A DNA stretch of 63,976 bases, counting the filler, from Octopus bimaculoides (Eukaryota): NCBI RefSeq assembly GCF_001194135.2. It is 7 parts of 7 records of this genome, joined end to end, with 100 filler letters (N's around TTAATTAATTAA, not from the genome) between each part and the next. Parts side by side here need not be neighbours in the genome. Positions count along the whole stretch, not along the records: positions 26,212 to 40,632 come from NC_068990.1; 6 more parts are not named here. The stretch is one strand, 5' to 3'. Shown here piece by piece: positions 26,561 through 38,586 of this stretch (positions are counted from its first letter, which is position 1; each line of letters starts with the position of its first letter). The position numbers and the translations under genes were made by a program. The notes beneath the pieces were generated by a model. The model did not search any database, was not told the origin of the DNA, and saw nothing but the letters and a program-made list of their open reading frames with translations.

Positions 26561-27512
26561 AGTTGAATTGTTGAGAATCTTTTTAACTTGGGTCTTATAT
26601 ATATTGTTCAATTTTCTTTGAAATAGGAAATATATGTACGTTCACTAAGTTTGTAAAAGAGAGCAAAGCTACAGGAAACCAAAAGACGATTGAACACAAT
26701 AAGCAGTCAGCTACCCTACTCTAGTCGTTACTACTCCCCAATGTAGGATTCCTCACTATACAGGTGACAAGCACAACCGTAAGATGCATTACGGATGTAT
26801 AGCAATTGGAAGGGTGTGACCCAACTGAAACATTAACAATTGTGTGACGTGAGGGCTAAAGGGAAATGAAAGTGTCACCTCTGGAGTTTGCAAATGACCA
26901 CTATACTGATAGGTAACTGGACAGAATAAATTTACAATCTATAAATGTCTTTCAATAACCAGTCACTCATCTGGGAAGGCCTTGAAATCAATGTTACCAT
27001 CGGGGGACTATGTGTGACCCAGTGATAATAAAAAGACTCGAAGGAGGCCTGCAACTGAATCAGTGGAGGCAAAGATGCCTCTCATTTACTTGACAATTTA
27101 TGCACCACATTACAGATATCACAATCTAAGTATATCTCAAAGCAAACATTTACACTGTTGTACCATTGAATTACAAATAACGCTTATCTTTTATGCTCGG
27201 GTGACCCTACAGCTTCCAAGGGTACAACTGCATTTGTCTTTACTTAGATAAAATAACTAAATTGTAGGTGTTAAGTTCCCATGAGGGGGATCTTTGTAAC
27301 TTCTAAGAAGATGAAATTTTAGAAATATTACTTCATTTGTGTCTAATATCTATGGTTAAATTCAGCTTTATGATGAAAGTAAAAAAGATTGTTTTTAGAA
27401 GCATGGGATGTATTGTAAGATACAGAAATAAATTTATTTCTCAAATGCATGATAATGCTATAAATAGCGTGATCAGGATAAATAATCCATATATTGCAGA
27501 AAAATACGTTAC

Positions 27513-27586
27513 TGGCCAGCCATGAGACTCGAACTCACATCTCTGTGATTACGCTTCAAGTGTTTTACCATTAAACTAAACTGCCC
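27513..27586 (-). pseudogene. tRNA-like pseudogene or SINE head (Thr-CGT-like)
   Basis: Acceptor stem GGGCAGT/GCTGGCC (1 mismatch), D arm GTTT-AATGGTA-AAAC and T arm GTGAG-TTCGAGT-CTCAT. Anticodon stem broken and loop non-canonical (AGCGTAA). Confidence 0.5.
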
Positions 27587-27991
27587 AGCAACGAATTCTT
27601 CTGCAATTTTAGAACTTATAAATTTAGCTTCATAAGATGCTAACATGGATTGTGGATCCCCGGTTTACTATTTTGTTTGTATGGACCCTCCTCCACCCCC
27701 AATTTTATATGGATCCTGGTTGAAAATCGCTGAGCTAGAGTTTTCAGAAAAAGAAATCAACCAGCTAATTCACATATTTCAAAGATGACATATTGAATAT
27801 TGTGGTCTTAGATAGAAATTTCTTGAAGAAAAGTGATGGAAGAGTTGTGGCATCAATATTTGACCCTGGGCTCAACAACAACAATATCAACAACAACTAT
27901 AACAACAACAATATCAACAACAACAATAACAGTAACAACAATATCATCATCAACAACAACAACAACAACAACGACGACGACGACGACGACG

Positions 27992-28027
<36 letters not shown>

Positions 28028-28109
28028 GTGTACATGTATGAATATAGAAAGAGACTAATTCAAAGAGTAATAATGAATGTTACAAGAATCTATGTTAAGT
28101 TGTCCTTGC

Positions 28110-28224
28110 CTGAAGTGGTTCTGCATTGGAAACGAAAACTTTAAGTTGAGTATTTAATCCAGTGATACTTCCAATTCTGTGGGACAACCTGCGTAAAACT
28201 GGGTCTGAATCCCATAACCAAGCA
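28110..28224 (-). CDS. P4HA: P4H alpha-like exon (phase 2 start, phase 0 end): AWLWDSDPVLRRLSHRIGSITGLNTQLKVFVSNAEPLQ
   Basis: gttgcag acceptor. Matches AWL...PVV.RI..RI...TGL......AE.LQ of P4HA. Ends at a non-canonical CAG|GCAAGG donor. Confidence 0.9.
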
Positions 28225-28242
28225 CTGCAACATATAGCATCA

Positions 28243-28410
28243 ATATAAAAAAAACACAGGATTATACACAATCAACTTAAAAAAACTGGATTATACAGTC
28301 ATTATATAAACTAGATTATACAGGATTAACATAATACTGGAAAATACAGGATTAACATAAAACTGGATTATATAGGATCAACATGAAAGCTGGATTACAG
28401 GGGATAAAAA
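28243..28410. repeat. Degenerate ~22-bp minisatellite (aactggattatacaggattaacataa-like)
   Basis: About 7 imperfect copies of CTGGATTATA/CAGGATTA next to the acceptor of exon 28110-28224. Confidence 0.7.
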
Positions 28411-28536
28411 GAAGTGATCATTTGTACCACATGAGAACATGCACACACACACATGCAAGTACATGCTTACACACATACACACAAACACATGCACATGCAC
28501 GAATGCATGTACACACATGCACACACACACAAACAC

Positions 28537-28567
<31 letters not shown>

Positions 28568-28670
28568 TGTGCATACATGCACACTTGTGGCTCTAGTAGA
28601 ATGTGTCTGATGTAGGCTCAGCCTGCTACCTAACTAGTTCAATATATTAATTAATAACACTGTGTAAAAA

Positions 28671-28706
<36 letters not shown>

Positions 28707-29239
28707 TCTTTGGCCAGTAAGTGTTATTTCATATTTGATTCTGACTAGAAATCAAAGGAATTGACTGCTATTCCATTCAAGCTTCATTTTTGTGACCTAG
28801 ACATCAATGTTTTGAAACTGACCTATTTTCCATTACATTTCACACAAATTCATCACTGAGTTGCTGAAGCAGAAAAATTTTTACAGCAAATATTCTGCTC
28901 AATATCACAGATTTGCTCATCAGTTGCTTGACCTTATTCACTGGAGCATGTCCCTCGGTGGATAACAATATGTGAATCTCTGATCACAAGCAAGAGTAGA
29001 GGGGAAGTACCATAGCCATATGTTGAGAAGGATTCTTTGGGGTTTGAATGAATTTTGTAACAAAAGCAAAGTTTCAGGGAAATGATGGCCATTTTTCATA
29101 CTTTTTAGGGGTAAGCAAATAGGAAATAACAGTTGCTACCCAAGGACAAAAATCATGTTACACAGTGTAATATCGTACTTAGGAGGTGCATTGCCCCAAG
29201 ATTAGTAAACCGATTAAATGGATAAAAGTTATTTTTTAC

Positions 29240-29307
29240 CGTTGACTTATAATGTCAGTTTTCATGCCTTGAATGATGTCATCATCACCAACTTTGGAGC
29301 TGTTAAA
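29240..29307 (-). CDS. P4HA: P4H alpha-like exon (phase 0 start, phase 2 end): FNSSKVGDDDIIQGMKTDIISQ(R)
   Basis: tttttatctttag acceptor and gtaaaa donor. This 68-nt exon bridges the phases of the flanking exons and resembles the RSxVG...RISQ/K segment. Confidence 0.75.
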
Positions 29308-29580
29308 CTAAAGATAAAAACAATTTCTTAAATTATTACATGTTTACAAACTTCTTAGGGAAGTATTTCATTGATTTAACTGTCCCTACCCCACTCTAGC
29401 TACCATCAATATTTGATTGGAATTTATTTGATCGAACTCCAGAAAAATATTAAAAAAAACATACTAAACCTATGTATGATTTAAACTCAATACTGCAAAT
29501 AATTCTGTCCAAGCTTGACCCATTTTTGCCAACTATTGCCTGATATTACTACTACTACTAATAATAATGATAATAATAAT

Positions 29581-29794
29581 GATTTCAAATTTTTGGTCCC
29601 AAGGGCAAATTGGGGGAAGGGATTAAGTTGATTACATCGATCCCAGTGCATAACTGGTCCTTATTTAATCGACCCCAAAAGGATGAAAGGCAAATTCAAC
29701 CTTGGCAGAATTTGAACTCAGAACATAAAGATGGACAAAATACCATTAAAGCATTTCACTCAGCATGCTACTGATTCTACCAGCTTGCTGCCTT
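29581..29794 (-). mobile_element. SINE-like family C (AAGGCGGCGAGCTGGCAGAA...GAGTTCAAATTCCGCCGAGGTCGACTTTGCC). Other copies: ~20480-20665 -, 21007-21200 +, 29933-30145 -, 31098-31308 -, 31326-31543 -, 41180-41310 -, 48820-49040 -, 55142-55346 +, 55379-55600 +, 57472-57690 +, 61380-61590 -
   Basis: A ~210-bp recurring unit with a B-box-like GAGTTCAAATTC, usually abutting (AAT)n/(ATT)n. Confidence 0.85.
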
Positions 29795-29810
29795 GATAAT
29801 AATAATAATG

Positions 29811-29874
<64 letters not shown>

Positions 29875-30149
29875 CAACAACAACAGCAGCAGCAGCAGCA
29901 ACAACAACAACAACAACAACAACAATAATAATGGTTTCAAACTTTGCTACAAGGGCAGCAATTTTGGGGGAGGGGACGAGTTGATTACATCGGCCTCAGT
30001 GTTCAACTGGTACTTCTTTTATCAACCCCAAAAGGATGAAAGGCAAAGTCAATCCCTGCAGTATTTGAACCCAGAATGCAAAGACATGAAATGCTGCCAA
30101 GCATTTTGCCCAGTGTGTTAATGATTCTGTCAGCTCACTACCTTACAAT

Positions 30150-30189
<40 letters not shown>

Positions 30190-30191
<2 letters not shown>

Positions 30192-31020
30192 GGGCTAAAC
30201 TAAATGCAAAAGAAATAGACAGAGAAAAATCCCAGCAATGGTTGAGAAGCTCAGAACTCAAAGCAGAGACTGAAGGATTTTATTTGCAGCACAAGACCAA
30301 AGCCTTCCCACCAGAAATTACCAAAAACATATAATGAAAAGAAACATAACAAGTAACTGCAGAATATGTGGAGATCGACAAGAAACAATAAATAATTTTA
30401 TCTCTGGCTGCCCAGTCCTGGCTAAGAAGGAATATATTCACAGACATGACAGAGCTGGGACCTACATACACTGGAAGCTATGCCAACACTATGGAATAAC
30501 AACAGAAAAATGATGGTATAGGCACACGCCAGAAAAGGTCACAGGAAACGAGAAAGCAACCATACTCTGGGATATGCCAATACATACAGATAGAGAAATT
30601 AAGGCCAATAGGCCAGATATAGTTGTCAGAGATCATGAAGCAAAAAAAAACCCTTTCTAATTGATGTATCAATACCAGCAGATCACTACGTTTCTCTAAA
30701 AGAAATGGAGAAACTTTCAAAATACAAAGACCTGGAAATAGAGGTAACTCGAATGTGGAATCTAAAAACAGAAACAATTCCTATCATAGTAGGCGCCTTA
30801 GGTATAATAAAAAAATATTCAGACAAATACATAACAAAAACACCAGGACTTACAAATATATATAACATACAGAAAATTGCACTACTGGGCACTGCACACA
30901 TCCTACGCAAAAACTTTCAATACAGTAACCATAAGAGCATCACAGCAAACCACAGCACATACCCAAGGCATACAGAGCTGCGCTTGGTAGTGAAGTCAAA
31001 TCACGCTATAAAAATAAAAC
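30190..31020 (+). mobile_element. R4/Dong-like non-LTR retrotransposon 3' remnant (CCHC plus restriction-like endonuclease)
   Basis: LKAETEG, CRICG..QETI..ISGC, RHD, NRPDIVV and EK.SKYKDLEIEV.RMW...TIPIIVGALG motifs. Flanked by (AAT)n on both sides. Confidence 0.85.
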
Positions 31021-31035
31021 TACTGAATAATGATG

Positions 31036-31099
<64 letters not shown>

Positions 31100-31569
31100 T
31101 TTCAAATTTTGGCACAAGGCCAGAAATTTTGGGGGAGGGGGTAAGTCGATTACACCAATCCTAGTCCTCAACTGGTACTTTTATCAACTCTGAAAGGATA
31201 AAAGGCAAAGTCAACCTCAGTGGAATTTGAACTCTGGACATGAGGATGGACAAAATGCTGCTAATCATTTGCTTGGTGTACAAACTATTCTGCCAGCTTG
31301 CTGCCTTACAATAATAAAAATAATCATCCTTTCTTCTAAAGGCACAAGGCCTGAAATTTGGCACGAGGTGACTAGTCAATTATGTTGACCCCAGTACTTC
31401 ACTGGTACTTCATTTATTGACCCCGAAAGGATGGAAAGCAAAGTTGACCTTGGCAGAATCTGAACTCAGAAGGTAAAGACAGACGAAAAGCCACTTAGCA
31501 TTTTGCCCCTGCTGCTAATGATTCTGCCAGCTTGCCACTTTTACAATAATAATAATAATAATAATAATA

Positions 31570-32575
31570 ATCGTTTAACGTCCGCTTTCCATGCTAGTAT
31601 GGGTTGGACGATTTGACTGAGGACTGGTGAACCGGATGACTGTACCAGGCTCCAATATGATCTGGCAGAGTTTCTACAGCTGGATGCCCTTCCTAATACC
31701 AACCACTCCGAGAGTGTAGTGGGTGCTTTTACGTGCCACCGGCATGAGAGCCTGTTGGGCGGTACTGGCAATGGCCACACTCAAAATGGTGTTTTTCACA
31801 TGCCACCTGCACAGGAGCCAGTCCAGCGGCACTGGCAACGACCTCACTTGAATGTTTTCTAACGTGCCACCGGCACAAGTGCCAGTAAGGTGATGCTGGT
31901 AACGATCATGTTCAAATGGTGCTATTTACGTGCCACTGGCACGGAAGCCAGACACCTGCTCTGGCAATGATCATGCTCGGACAGTGCTGTTAGTGCTCTA
32001 TTGGCACAGGTGCCAATCATTGAATATGGTACAATTATGATTTCACTTTCGATTTCACTTGCCCCAACAGGTCTTCGCAAGCAGAGTTTAATGTCCAATG
32101 AAGGAGTAGTTGGCATGGGTGCCAGTTATTGAATTTGGTTCGATTTCACTTGCCTCAACAGGTTTTCGCAAGCAGAGTTTAGTGTCCAATGAAGTAAAGA
32201 TACGAATAAGTGAGCTGGCTACACTTCTGGCAGAGGCCACGGATTATGGTCTCCTGCTTGCCAGGTCTTCTCATGCACTGCATATTTCCAAAGCTTCCGG
32301 TCACTGATGCTTCTTAGGTCCAACTTTTCTCTCAAGGTACTTACACTCTGTCGAGTATGCACACTGACATTACATATCCATCGGAGCATACTGGCTTCAT
32401 TCCTTGTGAGCTTATGCATGTCCTCAGCATTCACGGCCCATGTTTCACTACCATGTAGCATGGCAGTTCGTACACATGCGTCATACAGTCTGCTTTTTAC
32501 TCTGAGCGAGAGGCTCTTTGTCACCAGCAGTGGTAAGAGCTCTCTGAAATTTGCCCAGGCTATTCTTATCCATAA
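31570..32575 (-). mobile_element. RTE LINE 3' remnant, same family as 38585-40615
   Basis: RIAWANFRELLPLL..KSLSLRVKSRLYDACVRTAMLHGSETW, and the same 3' tail as 40450-40615 in reverse. Confidence 0.85.
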
Positions 32576-32589
32576 TAATAATCTCTCAT

Positions 32590-33500
32590 GAAGGAGAGCA
32601 AAGAATTTGCTCTTGATTCCATGCATGATACCCAAGCTGGACAGCTTGAGGAAAGTGCAGCAACTGTTGCTGCAAAGAAGATGAATTTAACAGCAAGGGA
32701 AAAGTGCATGAATAATTGGCTGATAGGAAGGTGCAGAAACCTCTACATGACAAATATGTGGCTTGTAGCAAACAAGTTGATGCTGACCTGAAATATACCC
32801 ATCAGTGGTTACAGAGCTCAATTTTAAAGACAGAGAGCAAAGGCTTCATTTTAGCTGCTCAAAGCTTATTGACCTGGAACTACCAAGCCAATGGTGATGA
32901 AAAATGGAGTAGACCTAAAGCATCAATTTTGAAATGATGAGATTAAAACAGTGAGCCACCTTATCTCTGGATGCAAAGTTTTAGTACTAGTTGAATATAA
33001 ATCAAGACATGACAGAGGTGGCCAATATCTACACTTGTTAATATGTTGGTTAATATGCTGTTATTATAAAATCAAAAGTGATGACAAATGGTATAAGCAT
33101 CACCCTGATGTTGTGACTGAAGGAGAAAATGTAATGTTTCTTTGGGACGTTCCAGTACATAGAGACAAAACCATCAAAGTTAATAAACTGGATATTGCTG
33201 TGAAAGATTAAAACAACTAAGTCTGTTTATTAATCGACATGAGCATACCTTGTAATCATAATATCTCAACAAAAGAATTTGATAAACTCAGAAAGTCTAA
33301 AGATTTGCTCATTGAAATCGACAAAATGTGGTATCTCAAGGTGGTTACCATACCAGTGATTGTAGGAGCACTTGGAATGATAAAAAGAGGAACTAAAAAT
33401 GATTTAAGAATGATCTTTGGCTTACCATTCATGCAAGGAATGCAAAAGATTGTTTTAACTGGTACATCACACATACTAAGAACAGCATTGTTGTTGTGAG
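32590..33500 (+). mobile_element. R4/Dong-like LINE 3' remnant
   Basis: KTESKGFILAAQ, HLISGC...YKSRHD, LWDVPVH.DK.IK.NK.DI and VIPVIVGALG, with stops. Confidence 0.8.
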
Positions 33501-34218
33501 AATGATTACCATCCATGTATATAATTTCTTTCCCACATAACTTCATTTGATTTTGTAAACAAACAGTCTGATGTATTTATTTTAATGGCCTATCAATATA
33601 TACAGTGAGTTTCTTTGTCCTCGGTATTGAGAAGACACTCATCAAAAAATGAAAACAAAATTGAAGGAAAAACTCATAATAATAATAGATTCTAGTATAG
33701 GCACACGGCCTGAAATTTGGAGTAAGAGTTAGCTGATACCATTCACCCCACCTTCCTCCCTAAGTATAATTGGTGCTTTATTTAATTGCCTCCACCACAA
33801 GGATGAAAGAAAAATTTGATCACAATGGAATTTGAATTCAGAATTTAAAGAACCAGAAGAAATACCACAAAGCAGTTTGTTGGAAGCTCTGAAGATCACA
33901 CCAGTCCATCAAACTTAATGATAACAACAACAACAACACCAAGAAAAATAATAATAATCAACCAGGTGTGAGTAAAATACATAATACAATATATTAAACA
34001 TTTTGTACAAAAATAAAACAATTAAAGACAACTCTCCAACAAAGATGTGAGAAACGACATCCTGGTGAGAATTAATGTAACCCCACCATTCCAACCATCT
34101 TCAGTGTTGGCCATGTTGAAAAAGAATCCTACATCCTTTTGAAAGATGAACTTTAGCTGTTGACTTTTGCTATTTATAAACTATTGGTTCACCTCTCCCA
34201 ATAATCTATCATCTAGGT

Positions 34219-34478
34219 CAGTGGTTATCAATCATTTTTTGCCAGTGGACTCCTTTGATTTCTATTTTACTAAGGGAGCAAGCACCCTTATAGCTATTTG
34301 TTATCTAAAAACTCCTCTTATATCTTTATGATTAAATATTATTAGGAACTGTGTAAAAATATTGTTAAATTATTTTATGTATCATTGAAATTAAACCAGT
34401 TTTATTGTACATAAATTTTAACAACAAAATCTTATATGGACTCCCTAGGGCCATATGGATCCCAGTTGAGAACCGCCA
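34219..34478. mobile_element. hAT (Charlie/Buster-like) MITE
   Basis: Perfect 8-bp TSD ATCTAGGT (34211-34218 and 34479-34486). Imperfect TIRs cagtggttatcaa / gttgagaaccgcca. Confidence 0.75.
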
Positions 34479-35796
34479 ATCTAGGTTTTCAATAACTTCA
34501 AATGCCATCTCTTCTTCAGTCAACCCTATATTTCTTTTGTCTTCCTTTGAGTTATTCACCAGATTCACCAGATTATTATTGATGCTTCAGAGAACTGAAT
34601 CTCAAGCAATCTTGGAAAATGAATATCTCCTCATGAAGGACTTACAACCTCTGGGCCTACTTTTAATCTGCCCTGCATTTTTTTGTTGCTGGTCCTGACA
34701 CTTCCCCACCATCCCCACATTTCTCTTGTCTCTATCTCCTACCTAGTGCCACAAGATAATGGAGTGGTACTACAGCTCATAGTCTCTGGTCTGTCCTGTG
34801 GTGGAGGAAACTTCTTGGCTTCTAAGTATTCTACCTCAGCATTGACCCCTTGGTGCTGGTGGCACTGAGGAGAAAAGGAATTCATTTGCCTTTACTCTGT
34901 TTATGTTTGTTGGTGCTCAAGAAACAGCAACTGCATTCATTTCGATTTGTGATGTATGTTATTGGTGTTGCTGTTGTTGCTGTTGTTTCTGTTGCTTTCT
35001 GTCAACCTTGATTTTTGTTGACTCCTGGGTTGAAGGTCCTCAGGTAGCCTTTAATTCCACTCATGTAGCAAATGAACTTTCTGCCCTACATCACTACTGT
35101 GATTGCTCCACCTCTTCTCCACTCCACTACTTCAGTATTGTTCAGCTCTGGGATTGCTTTATGGTCTTCAGGGGTCATCAGGATTCATCAAAACCTGGAA
35201 TCCTTTAACAAACTCTGGCAAACCACATACTGTCACAGGCCATCTCCACATAAGTACCTCAGTAAAGGTGATGATAAGTAGCAGGTTGACATCACTACAA
35301 ATATTTCAAGCCCTGACCCTTGTATTCTTATTCCTTATGTACTGCAGCACCAAACTGTGAGCAGGTGTTTAGAGATCCAAATGCCTGCTTATTATGTGAA
35401 ACTTCTTCCTGGCTTCTAGCCTTATTCTTGGTCTTAAAGACTACCCAGACACTTCCTTGTGCTTTCTTTTCATTGACAGAACACACATCTTGTCTCATCT
35501 TCATCTTTGTCAGGGCTTCCTCATACCATTTTTATTGGTGTGCACGTGTGTGTATGTGTGCGTGCGTGCGTGCATGCGTGTGCATGCATGGGTGTGTGCA
35601 TGTGTGTGTGTGTGTGTGTGCATATGTGAGAAAGAAAGAAAGAAAGAAAGAAGAGAAGAAAAAAGAAAGAAAGAAGGAAGAGAAAGAAGAAAAAGGAAGG
35701 AAAGAAAGAAAGAAGAGAAGAAAAAGGAAAGAAGGAAGGAAAGAAAGAAAACAAGAAAGAAAGGACATAAGAGAAGATTAAGCCAAAATTCTTTAC

Positions 35797-35961
35797 CTTT
35801 TGCTGAGATTCTTCCAGGATGTATTGGATTTCTTCATCTGTAATGACATCATGGAAGACAACAATTTTGGGCTTATAACTCATGATCTCCTCTTTTACTC
35901 TGGAATAATGATTCTCTGTTGGTCGCCAGATACATTTCAGTTGGGCTCTTCTAGAACTTGA
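35797..35961 (-). CDS. P4HA: P4H alpha-like exon (phase 0/0): SSSRRAQLKCIWRPTENHYSRVKEEIMSYKPKIVVFHDVITDEEIQYILEESQQK
   Basis: ttacag acceptor and gtaaag donor. Matches the P4HA LxC...KxE...P.I..FHD.I.D.EI segment, and phase is compatible with both neighbouring exons. Confidence 0.9.
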
Positions 35962-36074
35962 CTGTAATTATTGAGAACCAAAAAATTATCGTTTATGAAT
36001 TCAACATTATAAGGAAACAAATGACAAATTACACACACACACACACACACACACACCCACACCCACACACACAC

Positions 36075-36105
<31 letters not shown>

Positions 36106-37792
36106 TTTTCTTTTGTACAAGCCTTGCAGCATTTACCTTTCTCCTTCCACACATTTAATGACAGACTACTGGACAATAGATTCTCTGTGTTTACTTCCGA
36201 CTCGTTACAGTTGTGTCATTACATAACAATTGAATAAAACCTGTAATAATTATAGACTATTTTTGGTCAATTCATTCTACATCCAGAAATTATTAACTTG
36301 TCATACTCAGCCTTTTCTAAATGGTCCCATCTCCACGTCACACCTTACTTGTATATCTCTATGTTACATCATACATGTTATAAGTGTATGGAGTGAGTGA
36401 GGAATAGTAAGAGTTAGGGACGGGGAGGGTTCAAGTATACAGAATGATAAACAAGTGTTGAGGTGGCAGGATATCCATGATAAAATATGAGTTGGATGGA
36501 ATGTAGAGGGCAAAGATAATGGGAAGGGTCTTGAGGTAAACACAATGAATGGTGGTGGGTGGTGGTGGGGAGTGATCAATGATACATGTAGGTGCAGGCA
36601 TGGCTGTGAAGTAAGAAGTTTGCTTAACAGCCACATGGTTCTGGGTTCAGTCTCTCTGTATGGCACCTTGAGCAAGTGTCTTCTGCTATTGCCACAGGCT
36701 GACCAAAACCTTGTAAGTAGATTTGGGGGACGGAAACTGAAAGAAGCCCATCATATAAGTGTGTGTGTGTCTTTGTGTTTGTGTTTGTCCACCACCACTT
36801 GACAACTGGTGTTGGTGTGTTTACATCCTCATAACTTAGTAGTTCAGTAAAAGATATCGATAGACTAAGTACCAGGCTTAATACAATAATAATAAGTACT
36901 AGAGTTGATTCATTTGATAAAAATTCTTCAAGGCTGTGCCCCAGCATGGCTGCAGTCTAATGACTGAAACAAGTGATAGATAAAAGATAAGTTGAAGAGG
37001 AAATACTGATTGACAGTAGATGAGGGTGAAGAGCAGCAGGATAGAGAGAAATGGATGGCATGTGGTTCCATAGCTATAGAATGAGTACAAGGAATGCCTT
37101 TCATTAAAGATCTGTTCAATGAGGGTTGACCTGGGGTTAAATGACAACAACAACAACAACAACAGCAACAACAATAATTATTGCTTCTAGTCAGTCCAAA
37201 CTGCTTTTTTCTACACAGCCAACGCCTACACCTGTATAAAAGTAATTTTCTCAGCCCACTATTCTGTACACCATACAATGAACCACCCTATGAAGAGTAC
37301 AATATGGTCCTCTATCAGTCGGGGGGGGGGGGTGATGAATGTCTAGAACAATGGATATGTGAATCACACCCAGTCACTTGATTAGTTACCAATGTGCCAT
37401 GGTTCTAAACAGGATCTAAACTACAATAATGACTTTATCAAAGTATTAGTCACTCTCTGACAGATTTATGGTCGAGCCTGTGGTAATGGAGACTTCCACT
37501 GTTCTCGGCCCCCAGACCACACCCCTGTTCACTGCTATGAGGGCGGAGATTGCAATCTGCAAGTGCAAGCCCCATGGTTTAGAGTGGCTGATCCAACACT
37601 TCTTTGCCATCCTCTGAGGCCATGCCTTTTCCATTTTGTCTGCTGGGACTAGGAGGTGGTCTGAATTACGGGAAATTGTACATTTCACTCCTTAATGTAG
37701 AGTTACTCCAAATAATAGTTGAAAACTAACAATAACAACAGCTACAGATTATAAACAAGGCTAATTGGAGAAAACAAAATGAAGAAAATTAC

Positions 37793-37944
37793 CAATAGGT
37801 CTTCCCCTCGACATAACGCTTGATATTGGCTGCTGGTGGAATTGATGGGTTTTTCAAATATTTTAGTTCTTTTGCTCCCAGGAATACTTTTCAACTTCTT
37901 TTGCAAAAATGTCTTTTCTCTTTGACAACCTTTGTCATTTGTTT
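37793..37944 (-). CDS. P4HA: Prolyl 4-hydroxylase alpha-like gene, exon (phase 1 start, phase 0 end): (E)TNDKGCQREKTFLQKKLKSIPGSKRTKIFEKPINSTSSQYQALCRGEDLL
   Basis: cattcag acceptor and gtaatt donor. YQALCRGE matches the conserved YExLCRGE motif of collagen P4H alpha subunits. Confidence 0.85.
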
Positions 37945-38517
37945 CTGAATGAGAATGATCAAACTTTATAAATATTTATTACAATGGGCCATTAAAGGAA
38001 AAATACAGGTAAACAAGTGGAAGAGTGGAGTGGGGTTTGAAGAGATTGACGTAAAAATTTGACAATGAATATTTCTGTTACAATAATCCCTTTCCATCAA
38101 CCTCTGTATGTGAGTGGTCATGTGTCTAATGAACATTTTGTGGTGTGATGGAAGTATCACTGAAGACTTAATCTGGTGAAGAGGTTCTTAAACTTCTTTG
38201 TTCAGTGCCTCCTTTCAAATATTTGTAAACCTAGTTGTTTCATTAATTAATTTAACAAGTTAATGATTCAATTATTATAGAAGTACTATAGATTATTATG
38301 CATGTTGAAATACAAAATTATCTAGATACTTAAGTACTAATTAAATAGACACAGGCATGGCTGTGTGGTAAGTAGCTTGCATCCCAACAATATGGTTCCA
38401 TGCTCAGTCCCACTGCAGGGTACCTTAGGCAAGTGTCTTCTACGTTAACCTCATGTCAACCAAAGCTTTGTGAGTGGATTTGGTAGAGAGAAACTGAAAG
38501 AAGCCCATCGTAAATAT

Positions 38518-38584
<67 letters not shown>

Positions 38585-38586
<2 letters not shown>

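Noticed and set aside
27793-28144. Poly-Asn/Thr/Val ORFs, and similar ones at 29746-30121, 41237-41770 and 49672-50342
   Set aside because: They are translations of compound triplet microsatellites.
35330-35530. Minus-strand WYEEAL peptide resembling P4HA WMEQAL
   Set aside because: It is in the wrong order relative to the confirmed exons, lacks splice sites and has no downstream similarity. It is probably a decayed retroelement ORF.
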